Origin: Octopus sinensis
Taxonomy: Eukaryota
Direction of reading: 5' to 3'
Length of the DNA: 64,000 bases
Assembly (NCBI RefSeq): GCF_006345805.1
Contig: NC_043008.1
Location: 65,038,001-65,102,000, forward strand
In this document: piece by piece, positions 1 to 13,715 of the stretch
How the letters are laid out: the number at the start of each line of letters is the position of its first letter
Numbering within the stretch: position 1 is the stretch's first letter
Notes under the pieces: model-generated
The model's database searches: none
Told to the model about the DNA's origin: nothing
What the model saw: only the letters and a program-made list of their open reading frames with translations
Program-made: the position numbers and the translations under genes

Positions 1-361
1 ATTATAATGATTATCATAATAATTATGGTTATTTATAATTATATAAGTAGCTCACTTGTAATATTAATAGTAATGAAATAACGATAAACAATATTACAGT
101 CATTTTGTAATAGCAGCGAATAAAATTACACAGCAACTACAAAATAAGTGCACCTTTTCATTGCCATGTAGTGTAATATTATAGTATATTTATTTTGTTA
201 TTAATTCAAGGAAGGTATTAAGAGAACGTTTTATAAAGAACTGAATTCTAATAAGATTATTAATTTTCACTGAATTAAATGACGCATTAGAAATTCCATT
301 AAATTAAAAGGAGCATTACAAATATAATTCCTTACATTCTTGTTGGTAAAACCTATTCAGG

Positions 362-545
362 CACAGGAGTGGTTGTGTGGTACGTAGCTTGCTTACCAAC
401 CACATGGTTCCGGGTTCAGTCCCACTGCGTGGCACCTTGGCCAGGCATCTTCTACTATAGCCTCGGGCCGACCAAAGCCTTATGAGTGGATTTGGTAGAC
501 GGAAACCGAAAGAAGCCCGTAGTATATATGTATGTATATATATAT

Positions 546-606
<61 letters not shown>

Positions 607-768
607 TTGTGTGTGTGTGTTTGTCCCCCCAACATCGCTTGACAACCGATGGTGGTGTGCTTACGTTCGGCGAAAGAGACCGGTAGAATAAGTCTAGTCT
701 TACAAAGAATAAAGGCGGTGCTCCAGCATGGCCGCAATAAAATGACTGAAGCAAGTAAATGAATAAAA
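362..768 (+). mobile_element. tRNA-derived composite SINE (family 1: tRNA head, central (TA)n(TG)n tract, 3' module)
   Basis: Pol III A-box-like tggttgtgtggt and B-box-like ggttcagtccc; body tatagcctcgggccgaccaaagcc...gacggaaac..aagaagcccg; 3' module ending ggcggtgctccagcatggccgca..aaatgactgaa. Homologous copies at 49930, 51949, 53020, 53855, 60785. Confidence 0.85.
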
Positions 769-886
769 TAGAGGAAAGGGGAAGTCGACATACAAAACAT
801 ATTCTGTTTCAAAGGAAGATCTCTTCGCTCCTTAACTTGTACATATATCGATAGACAGATATATACATATATATATATATATATTC

Positions 887-946
<60 letters not shown>

Positions 947-998
947 CAGAGAGAGAAAGCGAGTGAGAGAGAGAGAAAGACAGGCTGACAGATGGAAT

Positions 999-1053
999 GA
1001 TAGATAGATAGATAAATAGATTGATAGATAGATTGGTAGATAGATAGATAGAG

Positions 1054-1146
<93 letters not shown>
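999..1146. repeat. (GATA)n microsatellite, representative of dozens of (TA)n, (TG)n, (GATA)n, (CATA)n, (CT)n and (AAT)n tracts in the window
   Basis: Directly visible tandem repeat. Confidence 0.95.
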
Positions 1147-1240
1147 CATTGGCTTGTGTGCGCATACAAAGAGAGAAATAGACAGAACAGCAAAGGAATT
1201 CTCATGTTAGTATGAAATTTATGCAGCAGTTATTCTCTTA

Positions 1241-2413
1241 CGAAGTCCATCTGAAAATTCAATAAGCTGACCAAGATACTCTCATGAAATGTATCCAAAT
1301 TACGTTTATTTTTCAACATAGGCTCTCTTCCGATCCAAGAACATCTTTCATCGGTGTTGTAGTGTTTCGATCCCATTGATAAAGATTTCATCCTGTTAGT
1401 CAAAAACAGTCATCAACGGCAGACATGATACCATCATTACTTTAAAACTGGTCTATAGCCAAGTGTTTTTGTTTTTTTATGTTAGGGAACATGATAGGGA
1501 GATGGGGTCACATTAGGAAAATGAGGAGAATCAACCTGTTCAAGATACAGTACCTTTTGGAACCAAGGACGTTTGGATGGAGCATTGTCCTGATGAAACA
1601 TGATGCCTTTTGTCAGTCTTTCTGGCCATTTGGTCTTGATGGACTTTCTTAACTACCTCAATGGGTTGGGAGCGCACTCTTCATCGAAAAGAGTCTTTTT
1701 GAAAAGAGTCAACAAAAAAAAATGTCTTTTGCATTCTAAAAAGTGAAGCCATCACTTCCCTGCACAAGAAACAAGCGTTATCTTGTTTGGAGTAGGTGAA
1801 GTGGTGTGTTTCCTTCAAGCAAAACAGCTGGATGCCTTAATGCCAAATTTCTCTGTAATGTAATCAGCCTAGTGCGCCTTTGATCAGGTGTCAGAAGACG
1901 TGGCACCCACCTAAGAGAAACTTTTGTCATACCAAGTTTATTTTGCAGAATATTCTAAACTCTGATACGGGATATACTAATAGCATTGGCTATTTGATTT
2001 ATAATTAATTGCCTGTTATCCATCATATGTGGTGAACATGATCAATGTTTCCCTCGATACTGGCAATTTCAGGACGTCCAGGCCTTGGTCATCACCATCT
2101 CCTAAATTCAGTTGCCCAATTCTGCACTTTTCATAAAGCTAGATCGTCATCTCCTAATGTAACAATCATGTTAGCATGAATGTGCTTGGGGGAATTTTCT
2201 GCAGGTACTTGATAGCACTACGGTGCGAAATTGTGTCCATTTTCAAGAGAAATCGATGCTAGTTACTTTTAGTGTCGTCTTTAATTAGTCAGATGTCAGT
2301 TTGCCATGAAATAAACAATGCAATTAATACGAAAAGATTAAATTGATGCATACAAGATTTCACAGCTCTAACATCACTCAATAGTCAGCCTATGAACTTT
2401 TCAGCCCCACTCT
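1241..2413 (-). mobile_element. Degenerate near-full-length mariner transposon
   Basis: Minus-strand remnants KGIMFHQDNAP (catalytic Asp motif, about 1560-1610) and terminal YVEK-stop (about 1305-1325). Imperfect TIRs ctgaaaattcaataagctgac (left) vs ctgaaaagttcataggctgac (right, reverse complement). TA at 1239-1240 and 2414-2415. Many stops and frameshifts. Confidence 0.85.
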
Positions 2414-2779
2414 TACCATATATGTGGGGGGCAGTTTGGGTGCGTGAAGGTGTATATGTGTGTGTGCGTGTGTGTGTGATGAGCCATAACTCGTAATCCT
2501 ACCAAGAGTTCTCTTGAAATGTTTCACTAATCTAACTAATATAGTTAGCCTGGTGTACCAACGGAGAGCTTATAAAGTATTTTGCCTGGATCGATAATCG
2601 CTCAATATTTGTTTTATATGTATGTATATATAATCAAAGGTGCTAAAACGATGTACCCCGAATGAATTAAAAGGTAACGTTATCCAAGAGTAAGAAATCC
2701 ATGACTCAGGTAGTGCAACAGTACGAAACACGAGTATGGTCCGTGTGAGCGTACAGTAAATAGTCAATTCAAATAAGCG

Positions 2780-2960
2780 GATATAAAACGGGGGGAAAAG
2801 AAGAAAAACAACGAATGTGTGGAAGTACACAAGAAGTATATTAGCCTGACGCTTGGTGAAAAGAGAGAGTTTAACGTTTCGAGTATAGCTCTTTGTCGGA
2901 AAGAAAGAAAGAGAAAATTCTAAAGAAAGAGTTAAAAAAGAAATCGCCTACAGACCACGT
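2780..2960 (-). mobile_element. Penelope-like terminal (pLTR-type) fragment with degenerate hammerhead-like motif
   Basis: Minus strand reads ccgacaa-a-gag-ctata-ctc-gaaacgtt...aagcgtc (2873-2900 plus downstream). Homologous to 12220-12430 and 13716-13967. The Penelope assignment is inferred from the motif. Confidence 0.5.
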
Positions 2961-3254
2961 TGCGATATTTGGTAGATCTTGGAAAGTGACCATCTAAAGC
3001 TGCGAAAAATTACTGGCCTAGTTTGGATTTCACTTGTGATGTTTCATATAACGGAACATCACAATTTCCGTTATATGCAAAGTATGCAAAGTATACCTAG
3101 AAGAAATCCTAGAAATAATCACATCCAGGGAAAAAAGGGATAAACAGGCACTCTGAGATGATTACATCATGTAAACATGGGGAGAACCATCATTCATAGA
3201 GTTTCAAAAATTTATTTTGAAATGAAATAACACATTACAGTAAAGCGAAGATCC

Positions 3255-3740
3255 GATACAGTTAAAATCGAAACATCTAACCCTGCTGCTAACTCACCCG
3301 CAGTTTGAGAAGTATCCACTTCCACCTAAGGTCCAAGCTCGTCATTATCCATCTTCATCTCATGTCTATCACGGGGCAGATTTTCGAGAGGAAAGTCACC
3401 AGACAGGAACTTGTCAAACCATCGACGTACAGTGCGTTCATTCGCTAGATCTTCACCAAACATGACATTCATGTTTCAAACTGTCTGGGATAGATTAGTT
3501 CCTTGTCGGAACTCATATTCATGAACAACACGAATTTTTTATCTATACATGGGTTCACAAAAAATTATTTACTAGAGGAAACTCACGATAAAATCTGACA
3601 TCATGAACAGTATTTTGAATAGTGGTGATGTAATTCTTCAATGTTGTAAAAAAAGAATTGTCAGAATAAAACGTTAAAGTTAAGAACTGTCAAAAAAGGG
3701 GCATGAGAAAATAGGACATTTCATTCATAATGACTTGATA
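3255..3740 (-). mobile_element. mariner transposon 5' fragment (HTH region)
   Basis: Minus-strand KIRVVHEYEFRQGTNLSQT and LANERTVRRWFDK, typical of the mariner N-terminus. TIR-like end cattcataatgacttgata at about 3722-3740. Confidence 0.8.
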
Positions 3741-3787
3741 TATACATAATTATATTTATTTGCGAAGAGTTAGGCATGTATATAAAT

Positions 3788-3881
<94 letters not shown>

Positions 3882-4393
3882 GTATATATATAGATATAGA
3901 TAGATAGAGGATAGATGGATAGATGCGCAGGCATGTATATATAGGTGTGCGACTCTGTATGTGTGTTTATACATAGATAGAGAATGGATAGAGAATGAGA
4001 GATAGAATGAGAGATAGAGAATGGATGGAGTTAGAGACATAGAAATAAGTAAGGAGATAGATCCTTAGATACATATCAAGCAAACTGGAAATGCTTACAA
4101 AGTAGATGTTAGGACTTTTAATGCAGTGTGCGTTATAACGAGGGTGATTCGTGATAGACTACTATTTAACTATGACTATTTATATTGCATATATAGATAC
4201 ACATGAACACACACACATGTACACACATACACACACATGTACACACATACACACACATATATATATACATACATACATACTGACATACATCTCTCTCTCT
4301 CTCTTATATATATATATATATATGTGTATATATATATATATAGATGTATGTATATATATGTATACACATACACACACACATACACACACACAT

Positions 4394-4433
<40 letters not shown>

Positions 4434-4699
4434 GCATTTTGGTTATATGTATGGCAATGTGTTTTTGGATATATATGAATGTATGTATAAGTGAAGTTGA
4501 AGGGAGGTTTCTATTAATATATCCCATTAACTTCAACGTGTAAACAGTGTTTGCCTGCTGTTTTTGTTTGTTTTTACTTTTCAAATTGTAAAGTTGTTAG
4601 TAAAGATTGCAGTCACATTTTCTAAACGTTTAAATAAATATCAGGTGATAGCTATCAACAACTTGCCATCGTGAAATCTATTCCAATTTATCGCAATGC

Positions 4700-4745
4700 C
4701 CAGACGGAAGTGGAGTCGAAAAATGTCTTCAAATGGCGCCATATT
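4700..4745 (+). promoter_or_regulatory. Promoter-like motif cluster (ETS CGGAAGTG and YY1-like AAATGGCGCCAT)
   Basis: cggaagtg at 4705-4712 and caaatggcgccat at 4730-4742 in a short CpG-containing island. Motif match only. Confidence 0.3.
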
Positions 4746-4941
4746 GGAACAAGTGAACGTGATTTTGACACTTATAAGGTTATTTGTTAGTTGTTCAGAT
4801 TCGCGTTCCATATTTTCTCTTGTCCATGATAATCAATCATTGGTTGAAAATGTAATGATTGTTTAAATCAGTTCGTCGAGTTGTTTGTAGTTCACATACG
4901 TTGTTTTCTCCTTATCATTTTGCTGTGTATGTATTGTATAT

Positions 4942-5005
<64 letters not shown>

Positions 5006-5105
5006 TTTTCATTTAACTTTTTATTTGTATAACGTCCTTTCCTGTTATTTCTTTTGGACTTTCATGTTTTTCTTATCTCTGTTTATTGATACGATATATT
5101 GACAG

Positions 5106-5135
5106 AGAAGAACCCACCAGGCAGAAGTGTCAGAA
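5106..5135 (+). CDS. Candidate 30-nt exon, product unknown
   Basis: T-rich tract then gacAG, purine-rich 30 nt, then GTAAGA donor; open in all three frames. No homology recognised. Confidence 0.15.
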
Positions 5136-5245
5136 GTAAGAGCAATTCACATTTGATATATACATACACATTCAGACACACAGATATATGTATACACACA
5201 CATATATATATATATAATATATATATGCATATATATATCCTATCA

Positions 5246-5277
<32 letters not shown>

Positions 5278-5500
5278 TTATATGCATATATATATTGATG
5301 ATATATATATATATGCATATATATATATATATATATTGATAGGATATATATATATATGTGTGTGTCTGTGTGCATGTATATACATTCTTTCTCACACTAT
5401 ATGTAAATATATATATATATGTGTGTGTGTATGTATATATACATACATATAGATATGCATACACACACGCATATACACAAACATACATATGTATATATTT

Positions 5501-6040
5501 CCGAGGTCTGGTCAGTAAGTGTCCGGACTGTTGCCATAGTAACGAAGCTAAAGCACGAAGAGTAAACCGCTTGGCATAGATTGACCTTGATCTCTGCTGT
5601 GCATTCGCTCTAAGTTTTAACTTTCTGATTCTCTTCCACTCTTTACAGCAGTGCTTGGAAGGAACGTGTTAACGTGTTATCGCCGCATAGACCATAACAT
5701 AGAAAGTTGTCATGGCGATACCTGCTCAGAGGCCTACGCAGTTTTACAGAAAGGGCATAGATGAGAGTGTATGAGCTGCACACAAGTGTACGAATGGTTC
5801 AAAATTTTCCAAGTGGGACGAAAAAATGTTGAAATTGTGAACTTTCTGGGAGACCCGCAACCAGCAAAGGTGAGTAAAATATCGGAGATGTGGGTACAGC
5901 TCTGAGGGGAAATCGTCGAAACACCATCCGTGAGTTATGAATCAGAAGTAGTGAAGATTAGGTACGGTTCGGTTCAGTCCAATATCACTGAAGTACTGTG
6001 TATGACACGCGTATCTGCTAAGTTTATACAAAAAAATGCT
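5501..6040 (+). mobile_element. mariner transposon 5' fragment, truncated by the adjacent RTE LINE
   Basis: TIR-like start cgaggtctggtcagtaagtgtccggactg; remnants MSCTQVYEWFK (about 5771) and RVSAKFI (about 6009). Confidence 0.8.
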
Positions 6041-6044
6041 TCCA

Positions 6045-6925
6045 GCTGGCCAGAAATTTCGTTGGAGGAAGGGAAGAAAGGGTGAAGGATGTAAATGAAA
6101 ATTTGTTGAAAGGAAGTGAGGATGTACAAAGGAGAAGAGCAGAGTATTTTAGTGAGCTGTTAAATATGGAGGATGTTAGGGAGGCAAGTATGATGGCTGT
6201 AGGAGGAGAGAGGAAAATAACTGTTGGGGAATGCAACTTCGGTGCAATTGGAAGAGGAGTTGTCGAGGAATATCTGCGAAAGATGGCAAACCGAAGGGCG
6301 CCAGGTATAGATGGATGTATAGTGGAATACGTAAAGAAAGGGGGAGTGACTATTATTAAATGGCTAGTGAGATTTATGAATGTGTGCTATATGGCTGGAA
6401 ATGTACAAAAGGAGTGATGCAGTATACAGTGCCACTGTGCAGGGGGAAAGGGGATAAATGTAAGTGTGGAAATTTGTTGAGAGATAAAAGGTTGAGTATG
6501 AAAGCGAAACGAGGTGTATATTAGGGCGTGATTGTGCCGACAATGCTATATGGTGCAGAGATGTGGGGTCAGAGAGGGGCGGAAAGGAGGTGACTAGATG
6601 TGATTGAGATGAGATGTCTGAGCGCGATGGTTTGTGAGACACGGATGGACATGATAAAGAATGAGGTGTTGCGAAGACGAGCAGGAGTGAGAGAAAAACT
6701 ACCAAATTGGATAGATGAATGTTGAGATGTTTTGGCCACATGGAGAGGATGAATAAAGAGTGGGTGGTAAGGAGGGTGATGAAGTGGTAAGCAGTAGAAC
6801 CAGAGGCAGACCTCGGTTTGTGTGCATGGATGGAGTGAGGAAAGCTTTGGTAGTTAAAGGTGTTGGAATGAGAGAGGCAACAGAGTTTATAAATGATAGG
6901 AAAGCTTGAAGAGTGTTTGTGGACT
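6045..6925 (+). mobile_element. RTE-clade non-LTR retrotransposon remnant with RT core deleted
   Basis: ORF 6082-6417 has pre-RT motifs EYFSELLN and RAPGIDG. After a frameshift come VPLCRGKGDKCKCGN and then directly C-terminal motifs GVIVPTMLYGAEMWG and RTRGRP. The RT palm is missing. Confidence 0.8.
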
Positions 6926-7219
6926 GATGAGTATATTCTGATATTGCTAAAAAGAAAGGAACCAGTACGATCCTCTGGGAGCAAACCGGCATAAGCTGTC
7001 GGGCCCCTCTGCTGATATTGGGGGTTGCGTTCTATGCTTTGACCAGAGCAGGAAACGGGGCTTGCACCTTTGAGATGGAAAATAAATGAATGCCTTATGT
7101 GTGTCATGCTGGGGCTACCCCCTCCTAAAAAGCAAATGGGGAATAGACCTGGTATGTGAATCTGAACATGAACTATAACAGTCCAGATACATATTCATCA
7201 GACTAAGTATGTATCTATG

Positions 7220-7287
<68 letters not shown>

Positions 7288-7305
7288 CACAATACACATA
7301 TATAT

Positions 7306-7358
<53 letters not shown>

Positions 7359-7384
7359 CACATCTACATATGTATATATAAATA

Positions 7385-7477
<93 letters not shown>

Positions 7478-7478
7478 A

Positions 7479-7553
<75 letters not shown>

Positions 7554-8216
7554 GAATAATTATAAGTAAACACACCAAGTTGGATTTCTTATTTTCGTTT
7601 TGAATAGGTTTTCTCTCAAGATGTTTTCATTTTCCAGCAACATATATGTGTGTATCTGTACGCATACATATGCATTTATATACTCAGACACATACATATA
7701 TACACATATATAAATACATATATATATATGTGTATGTATATATATACTTTTTCTCTAGTTTCAGCTCAGAGCTGTGGCCACATATATATGTATGTGTGTG
7801 TATATACATATACATATATATATAACATACCTAAATAAATAGAGATAAACAGATTGATAGATAGATAGAGATAGAGAGAGAGAGAGAGAGACAAAGTTCG
7901 AGCGGGAGTGAGAGAGAGAGAGGGGGAACGAGAAATACACATATTTACATTCATACATGAGCACAAAATCATTCATACATTGGCATATGTTTTACTACAT
8001 ATTTATTTATGTACCTTCATAGACACATTACCTTACGTTATTTGAAATACGCATTCAACGTATGTGTTCTCAATTGCAATGTTTGCATATTTATTGATAT
8101 ATCCATATATCTGTCTCTTTATGAATCTATCTATTTCACTGTTTAATAATTTATCTCCCTAAACTCTATTAATGTATATTAAATAGACAGATACCCCAAA
8201 ACACACTCGCATATTC

Positions 8217-8250
<34 letters not shown>

Positions 8251-8508
8251 TGTATGTATATACTGTTGTGTCTGGGAAGTCATTTTCTTTTTTTGCCTTA
8301 TAATATAACACACTCACCGGTAAAATTTCCACTTATTTCTTATTTTTTAAAATAAGAAAATATGAAAAGAAGAAATAAGTGAAGATTTTACTGGTGAGTG
8401 TGTTACATTATAAGGCACAAAAAGAAAATTACTCTCCCCAGACACAACAGAATATGCTTCAACACACGAACTCGTATAAAGTATCTTGCAAACGAAATCC
8501 CAAACGAA

Positions 8509-8547
<39 letters not shown>

Positions 8548-9815
8548 ATAGATATATATATATATGCATATGCATATAATATGCATATGTGTATAATAGT
8601 GGTAATTGTAATATATTTTGTTGAAGTGACCACGATTTGGGGAGTATTTCATTACAATATCCAGAAGACGGTGAAATAATCCTATGTAGTAAACTATATA
8701 GTCTCCATAAATCTAGTGATCTATAAACTCTAGTGAATATTTTCTGTATTTTCTCTATTTCTGTATTTCTGTATTTAATATGTGTATGTGTGTATATGTA
8801 GGTACATGTGTGTCTGCATTTATTCTGCAACTTCTTAGATTAAATACGAGGGGGAGACCTATGTGATAGCTCAACACGCGAGACTGTTCAAGAAATCTTC
8901 AACAAAATGTCGTCCGATTATATTAACTATAACAGAGGTGTAGACGGAGACAAGGGTACTAGACACACGGTATATCAAACGTGAAAACAGAAAAAATGGT
9001 CACAAATAGAATACGTTTTGGCCGTATGTGTACTGAATTTTATGTGCAATAGAACAACCAGAATTATAATTTTGAAGTGAAATTTTACAACACCAGCAAA
9101 TTTCCGAGGTGAAAAGTCATATACAAATTGTTAATTGTTAATCAATGTTGCCTGCATTCAAATAAATTTACGAGATATGGATTCTTCATATGATATAAGC
9201 AAAGTAACATATTCAAAACTAAAAAAAAAAAAAACTGGGTGAATATTTACAGAAATGTTTGAATAGGCATATATTAAGAATAAAAGATTATCTGTGATAT
9301 TTTAATAGTCACATTGTTTCTTTCAAAATATTACTCAGCTGAAGTAATTTAACAGGAAAATATCACCGAGACATTGATCCTTCTCGCCGAGACATATTTG
9401 CTAAGTGTTCATGTTTCATGCTAGAATATAATACAAAAGTTTGGAGTGGAACAATGGCAATATTGTGAGAAATTCTGGTTAATAACATTATTGTAAAGGA
9501 ATGAGTCTGCATTCATTTCTCAACAATAACGTATAATTTTGTCAAAATCTTATAAGATTCTTAGCTAATGCAAGTCCGAATTAATTCAAAATTACTTGGT
9601 CTATTGTGATTAAAGTATCACACCAGCAGGTTGTGATGGAAGAGTTATGGTACAATCTCTATTTCAGCGAAAATATAATTATTTTACTAAAAAATGGGAA
9701 CTGAATTGTTAGCACATTCTGCATATAAAATGGAATATATCTGAGTAACACATTCTTTAGAACAACCTAAAATGTCTGCTTTTACATGCATATCATATAT
9801 ATATATATATATATA

Positions 9816-9884
<69 letters not shown>

Positions 9885-10986
9885 CATGGATATATGTATA
9901 TATATATACATACACGTGCGAGATAGGTTGATAGAAATAGATAGATAGATACGTACATATCTGTGTATGTATATAAATGTATGTATGTGACAGTGGGTGT
10001 GTATGTCTTTCTACCAGGTGTGTCGATGTAGGCCCGCGAAGAAATGAAACATGAGGTTAGTTGAATTATTGATTCTGGCCTTTTCGTTCCACTAACATCG
10101 CTAGAGCCGATAGCACTCAGGTTGCTACTGATTTCCATAAAGGCACCAACGTTTGAATATTCCATATTCCTTCCATATAAGTGATTTTAAAAGCTATGTA
10201 GAAAAAGTCAACATCGACGGCAGAGATTTCATTGTAAATATATTTCAGTAAGATGGATAACACTAAAACTTTTTTTTTCGTATTTGAATACGTATTCTAT
10301 TCATATTTCATATTTGTGATATACGTAGTATTTGATGGAGTATGTGATATACACACATATTCACAAACACAAATCAGGCAAACACAGGCTCGTATGTACA
10401 TTCACACACACTTATAACACACTCAATCAGGAAATCACGACTACGCATATATCAACGCATGTGTGTGTGAGTTTGTATGTCGGTATGCGTGTGCATGTGT
10501 GTGTGCACGCGCGGTTTGAGGATATTTTTTATCAAAGAAATTTCTTCAACGGATATACCTGTGTGTGCTTATATGCACACACGTGTATGCCGCTTGTGTG
10601 AATGATATTACATATAACAATATAGAAATGCATATATATAATATATATGGATGGATGGATGTATGTATGTATATTCACAAACATATATATATATATGTAC
10701 ATATATATATGGATGGATGTATGTATGTATATTCACAAACATATATATATATATACATAGAACACACACATGTATATGCTTTTGTATTAACATGTCTTTC
10801 CGTTGTTCACATGGGTGGGATATCTTAAGTTTAATGCTATCACTTGCAATGATTCAATATCCTAGCTTAAAACATTGTATACCTATACGCATGCATATTT
10901 ACATATACACACACACACATATACATATATATATATACATACAGAGATACATATATACATATATAGACACACTCACACACACGCAC

Positions 10987-11089
<103 letters not shown>

Positions 11090-11521
11090 CTATATCTCTA
11101 CATAACTATACACATATATATTCGGAAAGAAAGAAGTTTAATGTGTTTTCCATTAAATCTCTGTACCTCATCACTACCAACTTTTTACCGTAACTAATTC
11201 TGTTATAATGATAACAAATTGCTAGTCCTTCAGCTATTTCTATAGTGAAATAACGTTGTTGCATTAACATCAATTCTTCTCTTTCCAGCAGTAACGGAAA
11301 ATCATACTTAATTCTACTCGTTGTAATAGACTTTCCCTTATCATGACTTACCTCCTGAATATTTTCATTCAAATAATCGTTTTACTAAAGATATTACTTA
11401 TGTCTAGAATTTAGCTTTTCATTTTCCTCTGAGTTTTGGTTTTGTTTTGGCAATTAGACTTGTTTTTCTTACTCTTTGATATAGTAAGCAACTATAAGTG
11501 CACATTTTTTTCTCTTAATAG

Positions 11522-11639
11522 TATTGGAAATACGATCTGGACAAAACTGAAAGCAAACATTGTTGGTTACATCGTGAGAAATGTAATGAAAGCTATCGCA
11601 TATAATTCAAGACCGAATGTGGATATAATATTGAGATTC
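11522..11639 (+). CDS. Candidate 118-nt exon (IGNTIWTKLKANIVGYIVRNVMKAIAYNSRPNVDIILRF), product unknown
   Basis: Acceptor catttttttctcttaatAG and donor GTATGT at 11640; one open frame, lying within track ORF 11436-11666. No homology recognised. Confidence 0.2.
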
Positions 11640-12158
11640 GTATGTACACATAGTCAGCAATTCTAACTGTTGGTACTCAATAATTCAGATTTAGTACCTG
11701 TTTTGTAATACCATTGTAGAAGATCTTCAGCTAAATTCATACTTTTATCAGATTGTCTCATGCCTCCCTTTCTCTGTCTCTTTCTCTGTATATAATTTCC
11801 TATTCTCACCTCTCTCGTTCCCACCTCTCTATCTCGCTCTCTCTTCCATCTCTTCTTGTAGGCACAGGTGTATGTGTGAGTTAGAAGGAGAAAACCAAGC
11901 TAGATTTTTACATAGATTTGCATAAAGTTATAAACAAATGCCACAGTCCAGAAACACCGCTTTGCCACTGGATGATGTGTTAATGTGTTACAAAATTAAA
12001 AACAAAAATAAGAGTGCATTGATTATTTCATTTTCATTAGATAATTCTACGAAATACCTACACACATACACACATTCACATACATACAGACACACTCATA
12101 TATATATATATATATTTTTTATTAGTTTCAGCTCAGAGCTGCGGCCATGCACCGCCGT

Positions 12159-12203
<45 letters not shown>

Positions 12204-12219
12204 ATATATATATATATAT

Positions 12220-12430
12220 AAAGTTAATCCAAACAAGAAAGCACAAAAAAACAAAACAACGCGAGGACGTGGAACAAATAAAGTATTATTGGACGCTCAG
12301 GAAAGAAGGAAAGAAGGAGGGTTTAACGTTTCGAGCGGAGCTCTTCGTCGGAAACATAGGAGAAGGAAAGATCCAGAGAAGGGAAGACAGAGGGAAAAAA
12401 ATCGCCAACGGTACACACGAGGTCACACAC
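12220..12430 (-). mobile_element. Penelope-like terminal fragment with hammerhead-like motif
   Basis: Minus strand ccgacga-a-gagc-tcc-gctc-gaaacgtt...gagcgtc (12325-12352 plus downstream); flanked by (TA)n and (CA)n. Confidence 0.55.
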
Positions 12431-12432
12431 AT

Positions 12433-12486
<54 letters not shown>

Positions 12487-13157
12487 GCATGTATGTATGT
12501 ATGTATGTATGTATGTATGTATGTATGTATGTATGTATGTATGTATATAAACGAATTTTAAGAGCGCACAGTGTTTTGGTATTTTACAAACCAAGGAAGT
12601 AAATTTCGAATGCAGCATAGCTATGTGAAAAGAGCCGAGAAAGCTTGGGTATTCAGCCATAGAAGACAGAAAAAGTTTTCAGGAAGTGACTACACATATG
12701 GGCGTGTGCGTATGTGTGTATGTGCGTGTGCGCACCCACGCCCGCGTATATACACGTATTGTGGTGCCTACACTTTCAAGCAGTTTCCAGAATATCCATT
12801 AACATACGCTATTAAAATAGAAAATGTTCAATAGATATATATATATATATATAGCTGAGTACAGAAATCTTGGAGTTCTTTTGGCAGATCTTCAGCTTAA
12901 CGTGAGTCATAGATGCGACATTTAAAGTAAATTGTATTTATTAGCATTGAATGTATAAGGAATCATAATTATCACACAGATTCTTTGAAACATGGGCACA
13001 AACAATTAATTCGAAAAGAGTATGAGAATAATCGATTTTATCCTTATATTGCCTATCAAACACCCTGATTATATTTTCCGATCTGTAATTTATCTTCTTT
13101 TGAATCAAAGCAAAATATCCATAGAAATGAATAGTAATTATACTGACGTTTACATAC

Positions 13158-13253
13158 CCTGTTTGAACTTGATAATTGCTAGCCTCGTTCTTCTGTCTAA
13201 TTGTTGGGTACAGCTGATCAACTTTAACTTGCTGCTCCAGTACACGGTAAAAG
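13158..13253 (-). CDS. Candidate 96-nt exon (FYRVLEQQVKVDQLYPTIRQKNEASNYQVQT) inside a 116-codon stop-free frame
   Basis: ctctctcagcttcAG acceptor and GG/GTATGT donor; length is a multiple of 3; the frame is open from 13291 to 12944. No homology recognised. Confidence 0.2.
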
Positions 13254-13631
13254 CTGAAGCTGAGAGAGTTTGGTCTCAGCTCATGTATTCTTCACATTAA
13301 TAAGGCAAATATATCGAATCTAATTATAGTGATGGAGAGTGTGGTCATAGCAGCAAGAACAATATATGCAAACTTTAACGCAGCAATTTGGTTAAATTAC
13401 TTGAAGAATAGGACAGAAAGCGAAAGATTGTGTGAGGGAGGGTGGGAGAAATGGAGTGAGACAGATAGAGAAAGAGAGAGAAATGAAGTCTCCTGAATAG
13501 TGCTGTAAATTTATGCGACCGAGTAACAAGCTGCTTGAAGGAGTAAGCCCATAAGAAAACCTCTATGTATTTGTGAGCAGTAAAATATGCATACATGCAC
13601 ACCTACACACATACATATATATGCAAGTGGG

Positions 13632-13672
<41 letters not shown>

Positions 13673-13715
13673 AGTGGATGTACACACACACATAGACACG
13701 CAGATATGCTCTTGC

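Noticed and set aside
6045-6925. Horizontal-transfer origin of the RTE remnant
   Set aside because: Cannot be assessed without phylogenetic comparison; nothing in the sequence alone supports it.
6924-6930. CTGATGA as a hammerhead core at the RTE 3' end
   Set aside because: No helix II followed by GAAA downstream.
8846-8860. tacgaggggg as a mariner TIR start
   Set aside because: No partner TIR or transposase remnant recognised nearby.
10018-10060. Plus-strand exon with VCRCRPAKK-stop or an ATG micro-exon
   Set aside because: Too short, not phase-consistent with neighbouring candidates, and without supporting homology.
11340-11400. Perfect minus-strand donor GAG/GTAAGT
   Set aside because: All upstream AG options give stops in every frame; at best a non-coding exon.
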